Positions 14,410 to 30,191 of a stretch of 64,000 nucleotides of DNA are shown here, piece after piece (the stretch's first letter is position 1; every line of letters begins with the position of its first letter). Location of the stretch: the NCBI GenBank assembly GCA_012295275.1, contig CM022670.1, positions 28,210,001-28,274,000 of the forward strand. The letters are read 5' to 3'. A model generated the notes under the pieces. It made no database searches. It saw nothing but the letters and a program-made list of their open reading frames with translations, and was not told the origin of the DNA. The stretch comes from Chrysomallon squamiferum. Taxonomy: Eukaryota > Animalia > Mollusca. Position numbers and translations under genes: made by a program.

Positions 14410-17400
14410 AATAAGAAGAAGAACAACAACAACAAAAAAAGCAACAACAATAATCATAAAATGTAAGCAAATGAATATAAACTCAACAAAGTGTTAAGTC
14501 TTTATTCAAAATTACTGTTTTCCATTCTATTCAGTATTAAACCAACTGACCACAGATGTAGTTGATTTTGATTGGTCTGCTGTATGGAAGCCAGTGTGTG
14601 CAGATGACCGAGAAGCTGGACTCTGTAGTGTATCTGTGTGTGGTGCAGTCTGTAACTAAACATCTCCAGCAGTGTGTGTAATATACCCAGAGCATGACTG
14701 TTAAATACTGTTGGCAACAGCTGACCTTAAAATTAAAAAAAAAAACATAAATAAATAAAATAAAAAAATAAAGAAATCAAATAATGTATATATTATTAAT
14801 TAATTATTTTCATCCTTTATTATAAGCAAAGATTTCACACCATTAAAAACAGTCACATGAAAATATAAACACATTAATAAATCTGTATTGTATAAGAATA
14901 TGAATTTTAACACATTAATGTATAACATTAAATGTTAAAACAGTCAGATCATGTATAATATTAAAAATTAATTAAAGAAAATAAAAAATAATATTTATGT
15001 TAAATACAGTTGGCAAAAGAGAACTTAAAAACAAGTTAGTCTTATGTGACAAAACTATCACAAACAAAAATTACTGCAAAAACATTTGGTATTAATAATG
15101 AAGAGAAAATACTTCAGGCAGCAATAATGTACATTACTGTACATAAAGATGTCACTGATTTCTTGCAGTTATACATTTCAAAGAAATAACATGACTTTAT
15201 GATTACATGTGTTATTTATAAATATTAATGTATTAACCCATACCCTAATACAAGGTAATAATAAATTTATTCTGAAGAAAAGAAACACTATGCTGTAAAC
15301 TTACTGATGAAACCTTTGATTCCAAGAGACTCTATTTCCATGTAGACCAACAAACGACTGTAAGTTTCCACCAAGGCTGGAGCCAGGGCCATGTTTTGTT
15401 TGGTCTTGGCAAGGCGGATAACTCTTGTCACAATACTGTGAATGAGACTGCAAAATGAAAAGAGTTATATGAATAATCAACATACATATTATTTTTATCT
15501 TTAACCGACAAATAGTGATTCCAATTTCGACTTCACCTCAGGAAATGTTAGTGATCATAATTCCATGAGTTATGACAGAATCAGTGGTATATCAGATCAT
15601 GTTCTAATCATTTCAGAATGACCCACATCATCATGAACTTCTACCACAGTTCACTTTTTTGTCATTAGGTATCAAAATCACCTAGGTAGTTAAAGGTTAA
15701 ACAATAATTTGTCATGATCTATGGAACAAACAATAATTCTGTCAATCACAATAACCAGGACAGAATACATCAAAGATTTAACTAGTTATAATTATTTTTC
15801 TCTTCTCCCAGAACCATGTCATTTCTAATATTACTGTTTGCACTGTCAGAAGTACAAATATTTGAACCACCATCCTTGGCATGATGATTCAACATTGAAA
15901 AATATGGAAAATTTTCTAGTTCCTATCAACTGGAGGACTTTATACCATCATTCTCAAAAAACAAAGAACAAAGACTCACCTCATTTTAGCATGAACAGTT
16001 AATGAGTCCAGCAGATTCATATCAAGTGGTTTTGTTGGTGCTGAAGCCACTATATTTCCTGGCAACATTGTTGTGTTTTTGGTGTTTCCATAGACACTTT
16101 CTATGAGGATCCCCATAGGCAGGCAAAAGTAGTCTGTGTTAGTGCTATCTGCAAATTATTAAAATACAACCTTAATAATAAATAAAAATAAAAATATTAA
16201 ATTGCAAAATTTAAATCATATACAGTATTTATTTGTCTTTCAGTTAATTTTTTTAAATTATTGAATTCTCTGTTTAAATATTTATTTCAATGTAAGAAGC
16301 AGCCAGTACAAGACAGGGACTTTGTCATAGACATATATAATTAATACAATATTCTGATTAATTAGCATCATACTGAAAAATAATGAGACTGATTAATCAA
16401 TTAAAATATTTGAAAATAATTTCTTAATATTTAGTATTCAAATCAAAGCTTTACACCTTCAACAGTACTGAAAAGTCTTGTATTCTATACTAAATGAGGC
16501 AAATGTGTTTTTAATAACAGAGGACACATACATGCATTACACAGAAGAGCTATTGTGAAGTCATTCAAATTAAGATTCTTGTTGTTCATCGTTTGCTTCA
16601 GAAATCTAAAAGCAGAAGACATTTTCAAATATTACTTAAACAGCTACTTAATGATGTAAAGATAAAACTTAAGATGAAATGTGCTCATCTTGTGTTTTGG
16701 CTTAACATATCTAAACTGTTATCATATTATTCTATGTGTAATGGACAAATAATTTTTAAATTAATCATCACAGTTGTTTTCTTGCTTTTCTGCAAATTAT
16801 TTATTTTTTATTAAAATAAGTTTGAATAAACAAAGTTTTGTCTGATAAGTTAAAATGCATTTTATTTTTATCAACCTACTCCAGATGTGACCTAAGTCCA
16901 AATGGTATTGGTCTCTGAAGTCTGAGTTTGTCACTCTGTTCAGCTTTTTTGTTCAGATGGATCCAGATACAAGTACTAGCCAGGGCATGAGTGGATTCAG
17001 CTTTTGTCACATCTGGCATTGGAATGATTTCATTACTGGAATACAGTAAGTCATAGAGTTTCATCACAGGCAAAAAATCTGCCAGCTGTAAAATGAATAG
17101 AAAATATATATCAGTACTTTATACAGCAACAATTAATAGGCATAGTTATGAAGAGAATAAAAAAAACACTTACTCTTATACAATTTATTAAAATAATAAT
17201 AATAATAATAATAATAAAATTAAATAAATAAATAAATAAACTAAATATTAGCTCAAATATGGCTGCAGTTTATAGTAGCTGATGCAGAGTTTGAGGGATC
17301 TGTGACCTATTTACCAGTTTTGGTTCTATGCATATATATATATATGACAATAAATATTTTATTTTATTTAATGTTATTTTTTAAAAAAAAAATGTATATA

Positions 17401-20400
17401 CCAATATTATTATAAAAATCAGTTCTGTGTCTTTTACCAAATGATTGACAGGGTTTGAATGACTGAAACTTACTGGATTTTTCTGAATGCTGCCTGATAT
17501 AAACTGTAACAAAACCCACATCAGATGATCTCGTCCCTTCTTCAAGTTCTTCCCCTTCAACTGAAAACATCAGTATTCAAATACAAAATAAAAAACAGTG
17601 CTTCAAGGGTAAAGAATTCACATTTTATCTTCATCTTTGTTTTTGATTTTGAAGAAGACATTTTGAAAAAAATAATATTTATTTATTTTATTTTAATATA
17701 GCTGTCTGATGAAATGATGGCAGTTTCTTTTCTAGTATTTGATATTCATCAAAAAATTAGATAAAAACAAAATTTAATAAAATAATTTTCTGACAAAGAT
17801 AAAATTCAATGATAAACAATAACACAGATTAATCATCTTCCTTTTTTTCCATTAATCATACTATTAAACAAACATACCTTCTCATAAAGGGACAAAACCA
17901 TGTGAGGAAAACTAGCAAACTGAAAGAGCACAAAATAGATCATCTGACTAGACAAATGTTGCCATAGCAACTGACTGAGACCTGCATCATCATTTACAGA
18001 TTCATTTTCTGATCTTTCCATTGCCAGGACAACCAGATCCACCAGCTGTTCTTCCAGAACTTCACACCTCTGTTTGGCCTAAAAACAAAATGAAATATAT
18101 TAAACATTTATTACCTTTTCATCACAGAATTTATAATAATCCAAAATCTAAGCTGTGCAAAATAGAAATTAATATAATATGTGAAGTAAATAATAATAAA
18201 AAATATATATATTAAACTAAATGGCAGAGCATTACAATTTCAACAGAATTATAGATTATTATCTTAGGTCCTGATTTTCCCTATTAAATATAAGTTCATT
18301 TGATAATGATTCCGATTCTTCCAGTTAATTTATAAACATTAGACCAATTTTAGTTATCTCAGTGTACCAGTTCAGTTAAAACCATAACTTTTTTTATCAA
18401 TCCTTGATATTTTTAGAATTTATCATTTGGATTTAAAGCTGCTTCTTTTTTTTTAATACGATGCCTTGACAACTGAAAATGCCATATTTCACATACTGTG
18501 GAAAAAACCATAGGTCTTAATTTCAGTAACATAAATCATTTTATATATACTTATATCTCTATTATATTTAAAATTAATTTCTAAATAACATATGCATACA
18601 TTAGCTAAAATATAACCAGCATATAAATTAAAAAATGCAAATTTAATTCAAACTATAAAATATCCTTAAAAATAATCATCATCTTCATAAAGAAAAACTA
18701 ACTTGCCAGTATCTCTGGTAAATCCATAACCAATACTGGGTACCAATTAATAAAATCACACTCATCATGCAGTTTAAACATGTCCAGTAATTTACAAACC
18801 ATGCTGGAAATAATACTTGCCTGATGAGCTGCACCCCAGAAACGTTTCACTGTTATTTGCTTTCATGCATATAAACATTTTTGCAATAAAATATCTAAAT
18901 ATATATTTACCCATACTAATAAAATTATCATACCTATACCCCTACCTTAAAACCATGTATACATATATAAATATGTGAAATGTAACCAAAGTTTTATTGG
19001 GAGAAGAAAGAAAATGTTTTATTTAATGATACATTTTATTTATTGTTATATGATACAGAATTTACTGCAAGAAATTGTCTGTATATTTTCAACCAATATT
19101 GAAAAGTTTTATTTTTAATGGACAAACAACGTTTTTAAAAGAGCCACATACCTAACTTAATAATTCAGGTCACTAGGACAGAGATATAAACACATGCCTG
19201 TCAATTTTGTATTATTAACATGTTTTGAAAATCTATTTCTGCCTCTGTTTTTAATTTTTTTGGCTGGGGATCTTGTTGTACTAGTCAAAATGTCACACAT
19301 ATATAAAAAGATACTCTAACTGAAAAACATATCACTGAAAAGTAAATGAAATTTAAACATGAATTAAAATATAAATGAAAATAAAAAAAGTAAATTATGT
19401 TTGGGCACATAAGACATTTGTAATTATTGATCTACAGATCCAGAATAGGTTTTCAAAATAAATGAAAGTCTTAATAATCATTTCAGATAATATTTTTGAC
19501 TGTCCATCAACACATAAAATATGTGTTTTAAAACTGAATAAGATTAACTTTCAGCAGGGATTTCATGTATATAAACACATCATACTGAATATTTAATTCA
19601 ATCACCTTTAACAATAAGCTATATTGTTCTTCAATGAACAAAGCAGAAAAAAGTATTCTTTCGTTAAACATATTTTGGTTTTGTTTTCATAAACAGTATA
19701 CACACTTGCTTGAATTATGAAATATTTTTAGCACATTTTTCTAGTATTTTAAGTGAAATAAAGATACAAAAAAGAAAGATATAAAAAAATTAAATGTACA
19801 AATGTATTCGTAATTTCACCCTAAATAATATACTTTTTATTTTTATTTTTTTTATGATTTATTTTGTTTATTAATATAAGTAAGTGTATCACAACACACA
19901 TGAACACAAACATTGGCTTGATTTTTATCACTGCATAAAAATGAAAATTAAAAACAAATCCAGTATCACAAATATAATAAAAACCACACATGGTGCATAA
20001 AAATATAAAACCAATTGTTATAATAATATATTATCTGTTAAAAAATAAATAGTAAGTATACAAATATGAAACCAAAAACACCAGTTAAGCAAGAAAGCAA
20101 AAAGCAAACAAAAGTACAAACTAACATACCAATTTACAATCCAACTCGCTGACTAAACTGGGTAGGATAATCTTGAAATAGTTTGGAAAATTTATCACAA
20201 ACATACATGTATATTCAAAATTTCTTTTTTAATTTTGAGATGTTTGCTTCTTTATGTTTTATATATATATATATGCTGGAATAAGATATAATTTCCAAAA
20301 AGAACACCAAAACAAAACAAATAATAACAACAAAATAATTATTCAGTGAATATTAAACATTTCTTTTATTAGCTTTGTTTTCAGCAATAAATTAAAAAAA

Positions 20401-23400
20401 AAAGCTTAGAAAATAAATTTAGTTACAAGCTCTTTAATAAGTGTGTGCAGATGTATGTTTGTGTGTGTATGTGTATTTGTGTGTGTAAATACACACACAC
20501 ACACACATACATGTGTGAACTCACACTTTATTTTTGAGCTAAGTTCTAAAAACTTCAGTGTTTATTTTCTAACTTGACATATCCCATTTAGTTTTTTATT
20601 AATAAATAAAATAAGAAAAGTATTTCTTAATAGATTTCTGAATAATGTATAAAAAAATTAAATATTATCTGCCATTTTGTTAAAATGATTTAATACTGCT
20701 ATATATTAATTCTGTATCAAAAACGTGATACTGATTATTAAAATTTAAATTTAAAACTATATGCAAATGTCATTAATGTTGTTTTTATTTATTTTTTATG
20801 TTTAGGTTGTTGTTTTTTTGTGTGGGATTTGTTTTTTGATCTCATCTGAGCATAAACAGCCAACACATAAGTCAAAAATTCTAATTAGATAATAATCAGT
20901 TAATAATTCTGAATTCTATTACATATGACTAAACAACCTACTATTTTACTGATTTAAACCCAAGAAAAAATTATCTTTAAGTAAAAAAAAAAAAAAAAAA
21001 AAAATATTTAGAATTTGTTCAGACTTGTGACCTATTTTGCTCAACATCAGAAAATTTGCATTTACTGAGTTGTTTTTATTCTTTTATTTATTATTGTTAA
21101 AAATATATTTGATAAAAAATAAATAAATCAAATATACTTTATTTTGGGATACAATAAGTATTAAATGTCTTTTTTCCAAAGCATTTAATACAAAAGGTGT
21201 TTAAAATAATTAAAACAGAATGCAGTTTAATAAATAAACTGGACTAAATGAAAAAAAACTGTGTTCACAAAATAAACAAACAAAAAACAAAACAATTGTT
21301 TACCTCCACCAAACATAAAGAAACAAAAATCAGTTACAACATTTTTTAAAACAACTAATAAAAAATAAACTACATATAATACTTTTACAAAAAACTTCAA
21401 TTTTATAACTGAGATGGTTATGACAACATCTATTTTACTACAATACACAAAAGTAAAAGATTAACTTGCAGAAGCATTAGAGCATTTTAATCATGAAAGT
21501 TAAGACATTTTTACACGTAACATATATAATATTATTTGTCAGTATTACCTGTTTATTTAATGTCAGCATGTTACAGACCATCTCTCTAGAATATGGCTGT
21601 TCCAAGACATAGCGTAACAGTCCAGTCTGAGGTTGTTGCAAAACCTGAAAAACATTGTTAATGTTATTTCTCAAACTGAAAAATCTGCATAAAGTGTTAA
21701 TATTATTTCTCAAACTGAAAATTCTGCAATGCATTGTTAATATTGTTTCTCAAATACTGCAAAATCTAAGATACATTTTTAATATTATTTCTCTAATTGA
21801 GCAAAATCTTAAATATATTGTTTAAAATTATTTGTCGAATTCTGCAAAATCTAAATACATTTTTAATATTATTTCTCAAACTCTGCAAAATCTTTACAGT
21901 ATAATGTTAACATCATTTTTCATTCTTGGAATGTCATTACTGTGTGAGGTTAAAAGCAATGAATAAACTATATGCCTTATCACTGGAAAGCACAAAAAAC
22001 AATAGCCAGATATACACAATTTAAGTAAGAAGTGCAAAGAGAAATGAAAATCTATATTTTCTTTGAATATTATTTAAACAAAACAATTATGACAAAAACA
22101 CAACATAACTATAATAGTGGAAAGTTTCTTCAATTAAAAGGTTACACGCTTCATTACTCTTTAATACATACTTTATCATAGGGCAGAGGTCCAACCAGCT
22201 GAAAATGAAGACTCATCTTGCTGAGGTGCCACACATTGTTCATAGACATGGAATGACCTACCACTGGTAACAGGTGATGTCTGCCTTAAAACATAAAATT
22301 TATTTACACTGTAAAAGTGGCAATCAATAGTAATAAATCATGTATGTATCTATACTATAAAAATTTTGATTCATTTATAATGAAATTACACAAAATGATT
22401 ATAAAATAACTAAACTTCAAACTGCAATCTTTAGAATTTTTTTTATTATTTGTAATTAAATTGTATATAAATAATTTCACCATAATATTTTTTAACTGGT
22501 TAATATTAAATATATGTTAAATATTCTGTATATATCACAGAAATATGTCACAAATAAGCAGTATGTATCTAACAATACACTGGCATTCTACCTACCAGAT
22601 ATAGATACCATTTGTGCAGCAGGTCTGAAACTGTTCACATAATCTGAGATTAATTTTCCCATTCTCTAGAAAAGCAGAAAAATAGTTTAAATAATAATGA
22701 TTAAATAATACATTTTAAATAAATGGAAAACCTTTCTCTTTAAATAATTGCCTTAATAAACAACTGACTATGATTTAAATAATACACAGATAAAGATTTC
22801 TGAATTTTAAAACTGCTATATTAAAATATAAATAATTCTGTTCTTACCCAGTCTGGCCAATTATAGACATCCAGACACACCTTAGTGATTTCATTCACTG
22901 CAAGGTAGGCTGGGAGGAGACAAGCATTGCGGTCAAGAATATATTTCACAACCTAATTAGATATCAGATAAAAAAACAAATTAGACATATTAGTTTCAGT
23001 TTAAATCTGAAACAGAAACATTTACCTATTTCTATTAACACATACATACAGCAACATTCTACCTGTATCTTTTCTGTTGTTATTTCGTAAACATTTTGAA
23101 AATTACTGATTGGTTTTACTACATTTTAAACATTTTTATCAAATAGCCATCTCAGAAATTGTGAACCATTAATTACTGTGTGATTGAAAGAACAAAGTAA
23201 ATTTCAGCAAGCAAATCTTTTATTTTTTAAATTTTATCAATTCTATCTAATTAAAATTATTATTATTATTATTATTATTATTTTAAATATGAAGTTTGTT
23301 CTTAATTTGAAATTTAAAAAAAATAAATAAACAAATGCTTAAAACATTTACCTCAACTGCAGCTTCTACCTGTACAAGTGCAGCAACATTTTCTGCTGGT

Positions 23401-25889
23401 TCTGAATTCTGACACTTTTCCAGAATAATACGAAGAAGATCTCTTACACCCTGATAGTAAAACAACCGCTAATTTCAACAGTATTTATTAACATCCCTTA
23501 ATATTATAATTTAAGACAGGTATTTATATAAAACCTCAGCACATTTGTGTACAAAATCAATTTTTAACAAATATGATACAAGTGAGGAAATTTGTTGTTC
23601 TTTGTAATATTTTTTACCAATAACGAATAATGAATTGTTTGTATTTACTTACTATGACCTCTACTATTCCACAGAAAGTAAAGTATATACTGTAATCATC
23701 TATTTTAATTTTAAACAAATCACTTTCTCAGTCATGATATATATTTACATTTCAGTCATGCTTTCAGTTTATTAAAATTTCAATTTCAAACTCTGAACTT
23801 GTTCAGAGATTGTAATGGCAGACTGCAATTAAATAAAGAATGTTATTCTTCAAAAGAAGACTTTTTCAAACATCATACCTTGTATTCAACTCCACCAATA
23901 ATCCTTCTTATTAAAGAAAAGGATGCCTTCCACTGTAAAGGTTGTTTATAGCTTAACCCTTCATATGATAACAACTCATCACAAATTTGTCTGTAAATAA
24001 AATCAAATATTAGCTTAATATTATCAAATTATATATATTTTCTTATATTTTTTCTGCAATAAAAATCTAGAAATATTACCTCCTTGGTCCTCATTCAATA
24101 CAAGTTAACACATAACTGCATTAATAAAAGAAAGTATTACTTCTAACAAATATTTTTATTAACATTAATACTGAGGAAATAATTTAGTAAGCTTTTTGGG
24201 ACATTCAAAGTACTAATACTGAATTGTCCCAATAAATTAATTCTGTGCCTTTAATAAAAACAATTATTAACATCACTGTCTAGTTAAACAATGTATAAAT
24301 AGTTCAAATTACTTTATTCCATTACTTTATTATAGTTAGAAATGAGAAGCATATGATGTAAAGAAATGTACAGTTAAGTGAAACGAAAGGTTTCTGATTT
24401 TTTTTCCACTTTTTTTGAAATATGTAAAATATACTTACTTAGCTGACATAATATTGTCTTCCACCATTTTTTCCAGAAGGTCACATAACAGTGTCACCCG
24501 TTTGAAATTAAACTGACGATAAAGACACTGAATGTAACTTCTTAAGGCAATATCATGTGATTCCTAAAATAAATAAATAAAATAACAAATAACACACTTA
24601 AAAAGATGAATATGAAGATGCTATCTAAAATTTAAAAATTAAACCATCTTCAGAAACATGCATCAAAATAATCAATAGTTAATAGTGCATATCTGTAATA
24701 CAAAGTTATATTAGTGAAAGTTTTCAAAACTGAATAAGATGAGTAAATCAGTATTTTTGGTTTCCATCATATAAAGGTTGAGGGACACAAATCAAGGTGT
24801 GTTGTGTCATCAGATCAATTCCTGTTCAAGGATGCGCAACTGATGTTATTAAAGTCATGGTATGTACCATCATATCTGTGGGATTTCAACATTTAATACA
24901 TATTTCATTTTTAAAAATATTCTAAATTTATACACACCTGGGGAATACCCTGCCATAACTTTTTCATTCGTTCACAAGTGAAAGTTTTATTTGATTTATC
25001 ATTTTCCTCGTTAAAAACAATAAAGTTGCAAAATGCCTCCTCAATGGCTTCACCTCTCTGAAATTGAAATATTAAATCATAAAAATAAATATTACATTCT
25101 GCAAAGTATTTTAGAAACGGTACATTTTTTTTATTTTTTTTTATCATAAATGTTTATATAATTATTAGCATGCACTCAACAAACTGTAAAATTATTTTTA
25201 AAAAAATTGTTTTTCCTTTATAAATTTTGTTTCAAATTATGTACAGAATTTTCATAGCATTTTAATTATAAATCTAACATGCATATTTTTGGTATATTTA
25301 TTTACCTATTTATTTGATCTTTTTTATTATTTTTTTTTCAGAAGGTAAATTTAAACATGGATTGATATAGTTTATACTGAAATATGTTCCTGTACATTAT
25401 TAATATGCATATTATTTACTCATTTATTTTTATGTATAATAAATACATAAATATATAAATAAATTTTAAAAATATTTTAAAAATTAAAAAATATATAAAA
25501 GAATAATAATAAATAACCCCTCGGGTCTCAGTCTCAATATCTGAATACAATATAATGATTGTAGTGAATATATACCATTATTATTATACGCAATCATTTA
25601 AAATTTGATATTAAAAATAATTTAATAATTTAAAAATAAATAATTAAACGTCAAAAATCTATATTTAGGCCTCTATGATAAACGACAATTAGAAAGTGTA
25701 TAAATTAGTCAATTTTAAACATTATAATATTATATTTATCATAGCATACTATATGTAATTATATTTTATTATTATAAATATAAATATTTTATATTTACTT
25801 AATTTACGATAATATTAAAATAATAAAATAAACACCAGCAATTCGGATACAACTTCATTCACTTGTTCTTCGACGGATTTAACGCTCAT
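5338..25889 (-). CDS. MED23: Mediator complex subunit 23, 34 coding exons
   Basis: Hand-spliced exons give a continuous frame from ATG 25889 (MSVKSVEEQVNEVVSELL, 25836-25889) to TGA 5338-5340. MED23 motifs: GVRDLL, LLRYVLEQPYSREMVCNML, QLLWQHLSSQ, GRDHLMWVLLQFISGSIQKN, LAPALVETYSRLLVYMEIESLGIKGFI, ESEELNRALIITLAR, YLPVYFGNVCLRFLP, CDWRFNEFPNPAAHALH, LRLRFISH. Approximate other exons: 24938-25057, 24439-24563, 23879-23990, 23352-23450, 22849-22952, 22596-22665, 22171-22284, 21549-21644, 17878-18078, 17474-17560, 16880-17086, 16530-16605, 15981-16149, 15305-15447, 14551-14725, 13810-13979, 13032-13232, 12686-12752, 12340-12393, 11907-12016, 11586-11657, 11057-11167, 10739-10798, 10319-10426, 10030-10129, 9631-9729, 9184-9322, 8428-8593, 8194-8266, 7253-7464, 6327-6447, 5821-5906, 5338-5473. 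Confidence 0.97.
5474..5820 (-). other. U12-type (minor spliceosome) GT-AG intron, last MED23 intron
   Basis: 5' site GTATCCTTT at 5820; branch TCTCCTTAAC ~9 nt before the terminal TAG; splicing gives the in-frame DPICDFL|YHIKYMF. Confidence 0.93.
7059..7230. repeat. ~43-bp degenerate tandem repeat, 4 copies
   Basis: Consensus approximately AAAGACTTGAAGGTGACTGATAATGAAATAGTTTAAGAACTGA. Confidence 0.8.
8594..9183 (-). other. U12-type intron with GT-AT termini in MED23
   Basis: 5' site GTATCCTTT at 9183; branch TTTTCCTTAAT at 8603-8613; ending the intron at ...TTTTCAT (8594) restores RLVDT-ISGK, whereas the nearby AG (8601-8602) leads to a stop. Confidence 0.85.
18821..18859 (-). other. Candidate 39-nt cassette microexon of MED23 (QITVKRFWGAAHQ) with GC donor
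   Basis: Phase 0-0 and stop-free; acceptor TGCATGAAAG; donor CAG|GCAAGT matches the GC-AG consensus; lies in the intron between LNKQ and AKQRC. Confidence 0.4.
20130..20171 (-). other. Candidate 42-nt cassette microexon of MED23 (IILPSLVSELDCKL)
   Basis: Phase 0-0 and stop-free; acceptor TTTTCCAAACTATTTCAAG; donor TTG|GTATGT. Confidence 0.4.
21636..21910. repeat. ~39-bp tandem repeat, 6-7 copies, overlapping the MED23 exon 9 acceptor
   Basis: Unit approximately CTGCAAAATCTAAATACATTGTTAATATTATTTCTCAAA. Confidence 0.85.
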
Positions 25890-27192
25890 TTTAAATATAT
25901 ACTATTGCAGTATATTAACAAACAAAAACAAAACAAATAACTATTTTGATTTAAAGCAAATTTCTCTTATTTAATGTTTTCCATCTTAAAACACTGACTT
26001 TTAATACTTGGTTTCGCTGTATGTTAAATAATATAAGCAATAAATCTAAAACAGTTATCAGTCTATGAACAAAAACATTTATTTCCGTTTCCTGACGTGA
26101 TGTACAATGTAGAATTTAATATATATGTGAACATTAAATATTTGATTCCCGCTGTTGATTTAATTCTAATAAAGAAACACGTTATTACACACACACACAC
26201 ACACATTTATAAATTAATTAATAAATAATATTAAAACTAATAAAAAACGTTTAATTAATATGTCTAGTTCGAAAATCTCGAATGTTTTATGCGTTTTTAA
26301 TACTTGTTTATTTATCTTTATAATAATAATTTAAATTTGTTTTTTTTAATTTAGATACTTACTCATTTATTTAGCCTATTTGTTATTAAAAAGAAATTAT
26401 ATCATTTCTGTTCTATACCTCTGGTGAACAGTGCCCCCAAGATAACTTATTTTCAAGCATGAGATATTCTGCATTTGCCACGCGAAGACAAGTTCATGTT
26501 GGTGAAGATAAATACAAAGATTACCATATGTAATATCAATGTTGAAATGCGAATCATGAACAGTGCCATCCATGTATGTTTGTGTGGTGTCAAAGATTCA
26601 TCTGCAGAAAGATAACGCTGATGACGCCAACAAAATATCAGTTTATTCCAACAAGAGTGCAGAATTATTTTAAGACCGGCGAGACACAAATAAACACGCA
26701 TTTAATATTTCCAAATCTAAACTGCAACACTTTGTCACAGATTCCTTCACAATAAATAAATAAATAATAATTAAAAAAAAAAAATCTTAAATGTTAATTT
26801 AAAATTAATCTATCAAAATCTTAATTTATTTAAAGTTCAAAAGAATTTAGGTACGAATTAGAGAGTTGAACTAAAATTTTGTGATAGAACGAGAAAGCAT
26901 TTTGACTGCTTTGCTTTTCTTATTAAAAGTCGTGTCTTTGTTTTACTTCAGGAATGTTATTTACAAATCATAATTTAGAATTTCATTTTGAACAATACTA
27001 TATATTGATGGTTTGAAATTTTTTCTTTTAATATACTTTATTTGTTTGTTTGTTTGCTTGCTTACATTTTGTTAATAATATATCAAGTGAAACATAATAT
27101 AAAACATTTTTAAAAAGAAGAACAAATAAATCATGAAGCAAAATTGTGCTTTCTTAATTTTTAATGAATCGATGAAGGAAACATTTTCTAAT

Positions 27193-27226
<34 letters not shown>

Positions 27227-27843
27227 GTTGTTGTTGTTGTTGTTGTTGTTGTTCTTCGAAGAGAGCTTAATACTTGTTTTCGTATATTAATTTATATAAA
27301 TTGTAATACATGTACTTTGAATAGAAAAATTAAGATGCTTAAAATAAAAAGACAATAATTTTAATAATAATAAGTAAAAAAACATAATTACTTGCAATTA
27401 ACCTTTTTAAAAGTATTTGGCAGCGATGGGATTTTAAAATTTGTATTTTTATCATTATCTTCAACAACAACATTATTGCCGTTGTTGTTGTATAGATATT
27501 TTGCATAGTTTACATTCCATCGTTACATAATCATTTACCAATCCTCTGCGTAAAGTTTGTGAGAGCATCACGATTTTCTTCACGGCGCGTGCGTAAAGTT
27601 AAGTTTTCCGTTCTGTGTGCAGTTAGTATTTACAGGTGGGTTGAAAGAACTACTGTACTGCTTCAGGACTGTTTTTATTTTATTTGCTATTATTGATGTT
27701 TTGTATTGAAACGAGTTTATTGGATATTATAACTGTTTTGTTAAATTCATTAAAGTTAGCAACAAATACTGACATTAAGTTTTGAGCGGCGGCTGACCTA
27801 CTTCTGCTTCCGTCATTCAGTTTAATAGCCCGTCCTGTCACAG
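25890..27843. promoter_or_regulatory. Divergent MED23 / myosin RLC promoter region
   Basis: The genes are head-to-head; CpG-richer patches at ~26085-26100 (TTCCTGACGTGA) and 27540-27850; plus-strand donors CAG|GTGGG at 27635 and 27843; acceptor TTTTTGCAG at ~28511. Confidence 0.55.
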
Positions 27844-28531
27844 GTGGGTGCGCTTAATTTTTATCTTGGGTAAAGAAGAAACATTTTCGAATTAACCTAT
27901 TCAGTCTTCCGCAGGGACTATGTTAGCTACAATATAACTAACAAGATGTCTTGCAATAAATTTTATAATATATTTAAATTTTGCGATTTTTTGACATTTG
28001 TGATTCATCACTTCACTGACTCACACTGAACGTTTCCCCTAAAAGGCTAAATCCAGTAAACGCTAAGTGCACTTGGTCATTTTCGATCCTTAGTAATAGC
28101 TTTTGACAAGTATGGTAATTTTAAACCTCATAGAACTCGTGTAAATAATAAATTTTATTTTTGATTCCGCTTCTGTTTTCAATTTTAATTTTTAATATTC
28201 AACATAATGAAACCAGTATTATTTATACTTTTTCTTCTTTAACTATTAGATAATAAATGTATATGGTGAAAACATGTCTGATCAATATGTCAAATTATTA
28301 TTGTATTAAATATTATACTTATAGTCAAAATTGTTGAAAGAAAATGATAAATGTTATGAACTATGTATTTTAACATAACTAATAATTAGTTCTTTTCATC
28401 AAATGTAATTTTAGAAATGTATGCCAGGTGAAAACAGTCCAGAATGATTTTTTGGGAGGCCTTAGATATAGATTTAACAATATATTATTTGGTTATTATT
28501 TATTTTTGCAGATTTTACATTTTGTTGTTAA

Positions 28532-30191
<1,660 letters not shown>

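Noticed and set aside
26453-26701. 82-aa ORF upstream of MED23
   Set aside because: No recognisable homology or coding signature; at most a uORF.
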